Source: Centroscyllium fabricii (lineage: Eukaryota). Taken from it: a DNA stretch of 64,000 bases. The translations under genes were made by a program, and so were the position numbers. Below the pieces are notes generated by a model. The model was given only the letters and a program-made list of their open reading frames with translations. It did no database searches and was not told where the DNA came from. Below are positions 56,501 through 64,000 of the stretch, piece by piece (positions within the stretch are counted from its first letter, which is position 1; every line of letters starts with the position of its first letter). Location of the stretch: positions 4,402,001 to 4,466,000 of the forward strand of contig JBNRSN020000073.1 of the NCBI GenBank assembly GCA_051313645.2. The letters run 5' to 3'.

Positions 56501-59500
56501 TCCCTGCAATCTGGTTCAGTAATTGTGTGAATCAGAATATATTCACAATACCCTGCAATCTGATTCAGTAATAGTGTGCATCAGAATATATTCACAATAC
56601 CCTGCAATGTGGTTCAGTACTAGAGAGGTTTGGAATATATTCACAATACCCTGCAATCTGGAACAGTATTACAGTGCATCAGAATATATTCACAATACCC
56701 TGCAATCTTATTCAGTAATAGCGTGCATCAGAAGATATTCACAATACCTTGCAAACTGGTTCAGTAATAGAGTGCATCAGAATATATTCACAATACCTTG
56801 CATTCTGGTTCAGTAATAGAGTGCATCAGGATATATTCACAATATCTTGCAATCAGGTTCAGTAATAGAGTGCATCAGAATATATTCACAATACCCTGCA
56901 ATCTAGTTCAGTAATAGAGAGCGTTGGAATATTCACAATACCCTGCAATCTGGTTCAGTAATAGAGTGCATCAGAATATATTCACAATACCTTGCAATCT
57001 GGTTGAGTAATAGAGTGCATCAGAATATATTCACAATATCCTGCAATCTGGTTCAGTAATAGAGTGCATCAGAATATATTCACAATACCCTGCAATCTGG
57101 TTCAGTAACAGAGCATTGGAATATATTCACAATACCTTGCAATCTGGTTCAGTAATAGAGTGAATCAGAATATATTCGCAATACCCTGCAATCTGGTTCA
57201 GTAATAGAGAGCATTGGAATATATACACAATAAACTGCAATCTGGTTCAGTAATAGAGAGCGCATTGTAATATATTCACAACACCCTGCAATCTGGTTCA
57301 GTAAAAGATTGCATCAGAATACATTCACAATACACTGCAATCTGATTCAGTAATAGAGTGCATCAGAATATATACACAATACCCTGCAATCTGTTTCAGT
57401 AATAGATAGCGCATCGGAATATTTTCACAACACCCTGCAATCTGGTTCAGTAAAAGAGTGCATCAGAATACATTCACAATACCCTGCAATCTGATTCAGT
57501 AATAGAGTGCATCAGAATATATTCACAATACCCTGCAATCTGGTTCAGTAATAGAGTGCCTCAGAATATATTCACAATACCCTGCAATCTGGTTCAGTAA
57601 TAGTGTGCATCGGAATATATTCACAATAACCTGCAATCTGGTTCAGTATTAGAGTGCGTCAGAGTATATTCACAATAAACTGCAATCTGGTTCAGTAATA
57701 GAGTGCATCAGAATATATTCACAATACCCTGCAATCTGGTTCAGTAATAGAGTGAATCAGAATATATTCACAATACCCTGCAATATGATTCAGTAATAGT
57801 GTGCATCAGAATATTTTCACAATACCCTGCAATGTGTTTCAGTACTGGAGAGCGTTGGAATATATTCACAATACCCTGCAATCTGGAACAGTATTACAGT
57901 GCATCAGAATATATTCACAATACCCTGCAATCTGTTTCAGTAATAGCATGCATCAGAATATATTCACAATACCCGGCAATCTGGTTCTGTAATAGTGTTG
58001 GAATATAATCACAATACATTGCAATCTGGTTCAGTAATAGAGTGAATCAGAATATATTCACAATACCTTGCAATCTGGTTCAGTAATAGAGTGCAGCAGG
58101 ATATATTCACAATATCTTGCAATCTCGTTCAGTAATAGAGTGCATCAGAATATGTTCACAATACCCTGCAATCTGGTTCAGTATTAGCGTGCATCAGAAT
58201 ATATTCACAATAACATGCAATCTGGTTCAGTAATAGAGTGCATCAGAATATATTCACAATAACCTGCAATCTGGTTCAGTAATAGAGAGCGTTGGAATAT
58301 ATTCACAATACCCTGCAATCTGGTTCAGTATTAGAGTGCATCAGAATATATTCACAATAACATGCAATCTGGTTCAATAATAGAGGGCATCAGAATATAT
58401 TCACAATACCCTGCAATCTGGTTCAGTAAAAGAGTGCATCGGAATATATTCACAATATCCTGCAATCTGGTTCTGTATTAGAGCGCATCAGAATATATTC
58501 ACAATACCCTGCAATCTGATTCAGTAATAGAGTGCATCAGAATATATTCACAAAAACCTGCAATCTGGTTCAGCGTTAGAGTGCATCAGAATATATTCAC
58601 ATTACCATGCACTCTGCTTTAGAAATAGAGAGCGTTGGAATATATTCACAATACCCTGCAACCTGGTTCAGTAATAAAGTAAATCAGAATATATTCACAA
58701 TACCCTGCAATCAGGTTCAGTAATAGAGTGCCTCAGAATATATTCACAATACCCTGCAATCTGGTTCAGTAATAGAGTGCATCGGAATATATTCACAATA
58801 CCCTGCAATCTGGTTCAGTATTAGAGTGCGTCAGAATATATTCACAATACACTGCAATCTGCTTCAGTAATAGAGTGCATCAGAATATATTCACAAATCC
58901 CTGCAATCTGGTTCAGTAATTGAGTGAATCAGAATATATTCACAATACCCTGCAATCTGATTCAGTAATAGTGTGCATCAGAATATATTCACAATACCCT
59001 GCAATGTGGTTCAGTACTAGAGAGGTTTGGAATATATTCACAATACCCTGCAATCTGGAACAGTATTACAGTGCATCAGAATATATTCACAATACCCTGC
59101 AATCTTATTCAGTAATAGCGTGCATCAGAAGATATTCACAATACCTTGCAAACTGGTTCAGTAATAGAGTGCATCAGAATATATTCACAATACCTTGCAT
59201 TCTGGTTCAGTAATAGAGTGCATCAGGATATATTCACAATATCTTGCAATCAGGTTCAGTAATAGAGTGCATCAGAATATATTCACAATACCCTGCAATC
59301 TAGTTCAGTAATAGAGAGCGTTGGAATATTCACAATACCCTGCAATCTGGTTCAGTAATAGAGTGCATCAGAAAATATTCACTATACCCTGCAATCTGGT
59401 TGAGTAATAGAGTGCATCAGAATATATTCACAATATCCTGCAATCTGGTTCAGTAATAGAGTGCATCAGAATATATTCACAATACCCTGCAATCTGGTTC

Positions 59501-59681
59501 AGTAACAGAGAATTGGAATATATTCACAATACCTTGCAATATGGTTCAGTAATAGAGTGAATCACAATATATTCACAATACCCAGCAATCTGGTTCAGTA
59601 ATAGAGAGCATTGGAATATATACACAATAAACTGCAATCTGGTTCAGTAATAGAGAGTGCATTGGAATATATTCACAACAC

Positions 59682-59928
59682 TGTAGAACTGCAAGCACTC
59701 AAAAGAATACACAGAGACAGAGCTAAAGGGAAAACACAACTTTACTCTAAGAATTCAAAACCTGGAAGAGGCAGAACCACGATGTATCAACATATTCAAA
59801 CTGTCCCGCCGTTGGTGACGTCATCACGTCCACCGACGTGGTGATGCAACCGCATCACGTGGGTGATCGAGCTGCGCTCCGCGGAGCCCCGTTGGCGGAT
59901 TCGTAGTCCCAGCGGGTGTGCCGCTACA
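59682..59928 (-). repeat. 3' LTR (247 bp), termini TGTAG...CTACA
   Basis: 5-bp terminal inverted repeats. Bases 59682-59803 are identical to 63879-64000. Confidence 0.92.
59741..59746 (-). promoter_or_regulatory. Candidate variant polyadenylation signal AGTAAA in the LTR
   Basis: Minus-strand AGTAAA followed by a GT/T-rich tract (GTTGTGTTTTCCCTTTAGCTCTGTCTCTGTG); no AATAAA seen on that strand in the LTR. Confidence 0.4.
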
Positions 59929-59931
59929 CAG

Positions 59932-59939
59932 CTCCCCCC
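59932..59939 (-). promoter_or_regulatory. Polypurine tract
   Basis: Minus-strand GGGGGGAG, 3 nt upstream of the TG that starts the 3' LTR. Confidence 0.8.
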
Positions 59940-59971
59940 AGAATCCGTCCGGGAGAAATAAATTGCCGTGT

Positions 59972-62900
59972 CTATGTGTGCCGTTGGGGCGGTCGGATGA
60001 TGCGGCCGGACCGTGTTGCTCGTTGTTGCCGGTTCTGCGTTGGAGTGTGGGCGGGTTTAGGTGCGGGAGGGCGACCGCGTTGTGGTGGTTGCGCGGGGAC
60101 CGTGGTCTCGCCCGCTGTCACGTGTGCCGGCTTGAGCCGGTCTATAGTTACTATCTCAGTTCTTTTGCACATTTGTAACTCGAAGAACTTGTCTCCCGCC
60201 CGAAGCACTCTGTAAGGGCCATCGTACTGTGGCTGTAAAGGGGCTCGGTGCCCGTCTCGTCGGATAAATACCCATTTTGAATTTTTAATGTTCTCTGGCA
60301 CCCGAGCTGCTGGCTCTCCGTGCCGGGCCACTGGCAATGGCTGAAAGGCTCGTGCCGGGTTTGCCCAGTCTTTTAAATACTGGTCTGCTGACCAGGGTGA
60401 GTTGGCCTCAGCCAAAAATTCGCCCGGTACCGTCAAAGCCTGGCCGTAGACGAGCTCTGCTGCTGAGGCGTTGAGGTCCTCTTTGAGTGCCGAGCGCAGC
60501 CCGAGGAGGACCCATGGAAGGCGGTCGGTCCATGAAGCATCCTTCAGCGTGGCCCGCAATGATGCCTTCATTGAGCGGTGGAAACGTTCGCATAGGCCGT
60601 TCGCCTGTGGGTGGTATGCGGTGGTCATGTGTAGCGTCACTCCGAGGTCGCGAGCGATGGCTGCCCATAGAGTTGACGTAAACTGAGGTCCTCTGTCGGA
60701 GGTGATGTCTGTGGGTACGCCGAATCGGGCGATCCATGTGGCGATGAACGCCCTGGCCAGGTCCGTGGTGTTGGTGGCCGTGAGGGGAACTGCTTCAGGC
60801 CAGCGAGTGTTGCGGTCGACCATGGTCAGTAGGTGCGTGTGGCCGCGAGATGCTGGTAGAGGCCCAACGAGGTCAATATGAACGTGGTCAAAGCGTCTGG
60901 CCGGTACTTTAAAATTTTGCAGTGGTGCCTTGATGTGCTTGTGCACTTTGGAGCGCTGGCAGGCTATGCATGAGGTGGCCCAGACGCGGACGTCTTTGCG
61001 CAGGCCGCGCCATACGAACCGGGCCGATATGAGTCTAATGGACGCGCGGACGCCGGGGTGTGACAGGTCGTGGAGGGTCGCAAAGATTCGTTGTCTCCAA
61101 GCGAGGGGCACGACGGGCCTGGGTTGTGGTAAGGAAACGTCGCAGCAGATGACGGTGGCAGCGGGACCGTGCGCGACATTGGCCAAGCGTAGGCCAGGGA
61201 GTTTAGTGGCTGCGTTGAGTAGGTCAGGGTCGGCCAGCTGGTCGGCGGCCAACTGGGCGTAATCAACTGCCATTTGGGCGGCGTTGATGGTGGGGCGTGA
61301 GAGGCAGTCAGCGACTACATTGTCGCGGCCGGAAATGTGCTGAATGTCGGTTGTGAATTCCGACACGGCCGTGAGTTGTCGCTGCTGCCTGGCCGACCAG
61401 GGTTCAGCTACCTTAGCCATCGCAAACGTGAGTGGCTTGTGGTCGGTGAAGGCTGTAAAGTGTCGGCCCTCCAGAAGGAACCGAAAATGTCGCACCGCCA
61501 GATGGAGAGCCAGTAGCTCCCTATCAAAGGCGCTGTATTTAACCTCTGGGGGCCGGAGTTGCCGGCTGAAAAAGGCCAGGGGCTGCCACGAGTTGCCGGT
61601 CCACTGCTCAAATACGGCCCCGACCGCGTGGTCGGAGGCGTCGGTGGTGAGGGCTACTCTGGCGTTGGGCCTAGGGTGTGCTAGAAGGGTGGCGTTTGCC
61701 AGGGTGGTTTTGGTTGCAGTGAAGGCGGTGGCGGCGTCGGCCGTCCACTCGACCGCAGCCTTGTTGGACTGCCCGCGGGTGGCCTGGTATAAGGGGGCCA
61801 TGAGGGCGGCTGCTCCCGGGATAAATCGGTTATAGAAATTAACCATGCCCAAGAATTCTTGCAGTCCCTTAATGGAGTGCGGGCGAGGGAATTCTTGCAC
61901 CGCCTGCGCTTTCGAGGGCAGGGGTATGGCTCCTGCCTGGGAAATGCGGTGGCTGAGGAAATCGATGGTCTCGAGGCCAAATTTGCATTTAGTGGGGCTT
62001 AAGATAAGGCCGTGTTCGGTAAGGCGCTGGAACAGGGTCCTGAGGTGGAGGAGGTGTTCCTGAGGAGAGGAGCTGGCCACGAGGATGTCGTCCAAATAGA
62101 CGAAGATGAACTTCAAGTCCCGTAGGACTGAGTCCATGTGGCGCTGGAAGGCCTGGGCTGCGTTTTTAAGGCCGAAGGGCATCCTCAAAAATTCAAAGAG
62201 CCCGAAGGGGGTGATCACGGCCGTTTTGGGGATGTCCGCCGAGTGCACGGGTACCTGGTGGTAGCCACGCACCAGGTCGATCTTAGAAAAGATCGTGCGC
62301 CCTGCCAGTCTGGCGGAAAAGTCCTGGATGTGGGGTACAGGGTACCTATCCGGGGTGGTGGCGTTGTTGAGGCGGCGGTAGTCGCCGCAGGGGCACCAAC
62401 CTCCGTCGGGCTTGGGGGCTATGTGGAGCGGGGAGGACCAGGGGCTGTTGGAGCGGCGGATAATGCAGAGTTGTTCCATGGTGCGGAACTCGGTGATGGC
62501 GATCTCCAGCTTAGCTGGGTCGAGCCTACGGGCGTGTGCATGGACGGGCGGGCCTGTGGTGGTTATGTAATGCTCTACCCCGTGTTTGGCCTTGCGGGCG
62601 GTGAACGTGGGGTTGGTAAGGGCGGGAAATTCCGCCAGGAGTGTGCCGTAGGCATCGCGGTCCTTGGAGCGGCATTGGGCTGCCGCGTGGGTCAGGAGTG
62701 CGCGCCCTGTGGAACATGGAATGGTCGTCATGGTGCTTAGATTCACCAGGCGGCGCCGGGTTACATCGACCAGTAGGCCGTTGGCGCAGAGGAAATCTGC
62801 CCCGAGGAGGGGAGAGGTGACCTGGGCCGTTACAAACTTCCAGGTGTACGTGTGGCCTGCAAGGGTAATAGTCAGCTCGCGGGTGCCGTACGTTTTAATG

Positions 62901-63787
62901 CTGGACTCGTTGGCTGCCGCTAGTGGCGGGCCGCGGGTGCCTCGTTTGGTTTCTGCGGGGGAGGCTGGCACGATGCTGTGCTGCGCGCCTGTGTCGCAGA
63001 GGAACCTGAGGCCGCTGTCGGTGGCGAAGAGGAGTGCTCCTGTGTGGCCTACCGACATGGTGGAGGCTGAGTTAGGTTTAAACGTGCACGGCTGGACACA
63101 GCGGTGCGCTTTGTGCTCAAACCGCGTGTGATAATAGCACCAGCCGGTGCTAGAGGGACGCGGTTGTCTGGGCGGGCGTGGGGCCTTGGGTTCGGGCGTA
63201 AAATTGTGCCCGGGGGCCGAATAGTTGCGCTCTACCGATGCTGAGTTGGGAGCGCACGTGGTAGAGCTTGTGCGCTGCGCCGCCATAAGCCTGTCGGCTT
63301 CCTCGCCGAGTTCGTCGTCGCTAAGGTGGGCTAGGGCTGCCAGGGCAGGTCTGATTGCGCGGGGCAATTTGAGGAGAAAAACCGTGCGAAATAGGGTGGC
63401 AGGGTTGGGAGTAAGCGCCTGCATCTGACCTAGCAGGTCCGATGGGTCGGTGTCCCCGAGCTCGGGGAGGTCGAGGAGTTGGCAGTCGCGCTCGAACTGG
63501 GAAGGGGTAAACTTCTTAATCAGCGCGGCCTTAAGTGTTTCGTACCTGCCTACGGAGGGCACGCGCTGGATCGTTGACCACATCCTATCGACAGTCGTTT
63601 GGGGCAGAGCTGTGAAGACCAAGTCGTAGCGGTCGTCCCCGTTGACGCCATTTGAACGGCAGCTGGCTTCTATGCAGCTAAACCAGGCCGCTGGCCGTTG
63701 CTCCCAGAACTCGGGCAAAACAAGTCCGCGCCCGGTGTTCCGTCCAGCCCCCTGTGATCGTGGAGCTTGGTTCCTTGGTTTGGACAT
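59972..63787 (-). CDS. Gag-Pol polyprotein (1271 aa): Gag with CHCC knuckle, aspartic protease, reverse transcriptase, RNase H, integrase with GPY/F motif
   Basis: Gag LPEFW...WF; CYYHTRFEHKAHRCVQPC (Cx2Hx9Cx3C); protease FLCDTGA; RT DRYPVP, MPFGLKNA, YLDD; RNase H TDASD, DRELLA, TDHKPL, NVVADCLSR; integrase HDLSHPG...CIAC, HIDLVGP, SDRGPQF, ERFHR; YDGPYRV. Confidence 0.97.
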   Translation of the reverse strand: MSKPRNQAPRSQGAGRNTGRGLVLPEFWEQRPAAWFSCIEASCRSNGVNGDDRYDLVFTALPQTTVDRMWSTIQRVPSVGRYETLKAALIKKFTPSQFERDCQLLDLPELGDTDPSDLLGQMQALTPNPATLFRTVFLLKLPRAIRPALAALAHLSDDELGEEADRLMAAQRTSSTTCAPNSASVERNYSAPGHNFTPEPKAPRPPRQPRPSSTGWCYYHTRFEHKAHRCVQPCTFKPNSASTMSVGHTGALLFATDSGLRFLCDTGAQHSIVPASPAETKRGTRGPPLAAANESSIKTYGTRELTITLAGHTYTWKFVTAQVTSPLLGADFLCANGLLVDVTRRRLVNLSTMTTIPCSTGRALLTHAAAQCRSKDRDAYGTLLAEFPALTNPTFTARKAKHGVEHYITTTGPPVHAHARRLDPAKLEIAITEFRTMEQLCIIRRSNSPWSSPLHIAPKPDGGWCPCGDYRRLNNATTPDRYPVPHIQDFSARLAGRTIFSKIDLVRGYHQVPVHSADIPKTAVITPFGLFEFLRMPFGLKNAAQAFQRHMDSVLRDLKFIFVYLDDILVASSSPQEHLLHLRTLFQRLTEHGLILSPTKCKFGLETIDFLSHRISQAGAIPLPSKAQAVQEFPRPHSIKGLQEFLGMVNFYNRFIPGAAALMAPLYQATRGQSNKAAVEWTADAATAFTATKTTLANATLLAHPRPNARVALTTDASDHAVGAVFEQWTGNSWQPLAFFSRQLRPPEVKYSAFDRELLALHLAVRHFRFLLEGRHFTAFTDHKPLTFAMAKVAEPWSARQQRQLTAVSEFTTDIQHISGRDNVVADCLSRPTINAAQMAVDYAQLAADQLADPDLLNAATKLPGLRLANVAHGPAATVICCDVSLPQPRPVVPLAWRQRIFATLHDLSHPGVRASIRLISARFVWRGLRKDVRVWATSCIACQRSKVHKHIKAPLQNFKVPARRFDHVHIDLVGPLPASRGHTHLLTMVDRNTRWPEAVPLTATNTTDLARAFIATWIARFGVPTDITSDRGPQFTSTLWAAIARDLGVTLHMTTAYHPQANGLCERFHRSMKASLRATLKDASWTDRLPWVLLGLRSALKEDLNASAAELVYGQALTVPGEFLAEANSPWSADQYLKDWANPARAFQPLPVARHGEPAARVPENIKNSKWVFIRRDGHRAPLQPQYDGPYRVLRAGDKFFELQMCKRTEIVTIDRLKPAHVTAGETTVPAQPPQRGRPPAPKPAHTPTQNRQQRATRSGRIIRPPQRHT

Positions 63788-63864
63788 TTTTCTTTTTTAA
63801 AGTCCTTCGCTGTGATTCTCAAATGCTGCAGCTCTTCTTCACTGGACTGGAAGTTGTTCCAGTT

Positions 63865-63877
63865 GTCGGGGTCACCA
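63865..63877 (-). promoter_or_regulatory. Primer binding site, tRNA-Trp
   Basis: Minus-strand TGGTGACCCCGAC, 1 nt after the 5' LTR end; equals the first 13 nt of the known tRNA-Trp PBS TGGTGACCCCGACGTGAT. Confidence 0.9.
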
Positions 63878-63878
63878 C

Positions 63879-64000
63879 TGTAGAACTGCAAGCACTCAAA
63901 AGAATACACAGAGACAGAGCTAAAGGGAAAACACAACTTTACTCTAAGAATTCAAAACCTGGAAGAGGCAGAACCACGATGTATCAACATATTCAAACTG
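63879..64000 (-). repeat. 5' LTR (partial, cut by the window edge)
   Basis: 122/122 identical to 59682-59803. Confidence 0.93.

Larger units (their letters stand above)
39600..58100 (+). repeat. About 8.3-kb tandem segmental duplication (roughly 2.2 units) carrying the MITE and the antisense LINE
   Basis: Offsets of 8295-8354 between paired pseudo-ORFs (41149/49503/57799, 43561/51856, 44702/52997, 48228/56523). Boundaries are approximate. Confidence 0.88.
1..59681 (+). repeat. 49-bp tandem satellite array (about 1,080 monomers), interrupted by LINE and MITE insertions
   Basis: Unit TGCAATCTGGTTCAGTAATAGAGTGCATCAGAATATATTCACAATACCC recurs head-to-tail throughout, with scattered substitutions and occasional shorter or longer variants. 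Satellite blocks: 1-17200, 18291-23186, 24278-31832, 32892-36671, 37732-43342, 44084-44770, 45241-51647, 52379-53065, 53536-59681. Confidence 0.99.
59682..64000 (-). mobile_element. Ty3/gypsy LTR retrotransposon, CsRn1/Kabuki/Boudicca-like; runs off the window end
   Basis: LTR-PBS-gag-pol-PPT-LTR layout on the minus strand, PR-RT-RH-IN domain order, CHCC knuckle, tRNA-Trp PBS. Confidence 0.95.

Noticed and set aside
2624-59213. Many short ORFs such as MQSGSVIECIRIYSQYPAIWF... and IFTIPCNLVQ
   Set aside because: They are translations of the 49-bp satellite cycling through three frames wherever mutations remove stops. Many use non-ATG starts and none resembles a known protein.
1-59681. CRISPR-like regular repeat array
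   Set aside because: Units are contiguous with no unique spacers, there are no cas genes, and the context is eukaryotic.
59899-59917. CENP-B box-like TTCG...CGGG in the LTR
   Set aside because: Spacing is 2 nt too long for TTCGNNNNANNCGGG. No CENP-B box is visible in the satellite consensus either.
60408-63936. Numerous overlapping or antisense ORFs within the gypsy element
   Set aside because: Expected stop-poor shadow frames of a GC-rich coding sequence; no recognisable domains.

Overview
Eukaryotic heterochromatin-like window, not a prokaryotic locus. Bases 1-59,681 are a head-to-tail array of a 49-bp satellite (consensus TGCAATCTGGTTCAGTAATAGAGTGCATCAGAATATATTCACAATACCC, about 37% GC, roughly 1,080 monomers, one orientation). 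The array is organised into nested higher-order duplications of about 1.7, 1.9, 2.4, 2.63, 4.84, 5.99, 6.2 and 8.3 kb. It is interrupted by three independent 5'-truncated CR1-clade LINE insertions and one non-autonomous PIF/Harbinger-type element (23-bp TIRs, TAA TSD); each of these four is present twice because the surrounding array was later duplicated. The LINE 3' ends resemble HER1-type LINEs of cartilaginous fishes, so the host is probably a shark, ray or chimaera (inference). From 59,682 to the end is a young, compact Ty3/gypsy retrotransposon on the minus strand with a single 1271-aa gag-pol ORF, a CHCC zinc knuckle, a tRNA-Trp PBS and identical LTRs over the visible part, consistent with the CsRn1/Kabuki/Boudicca clade. 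No host genes are present. I found no evidence for a new multi-gene system. The most notable signals are the satellite architecture (a possible centromeric or pericentromeric array), the phased insertion sites, and the chronology recorded by the duplicated elements. All comparisons were made by eye and difference counts are approximate.
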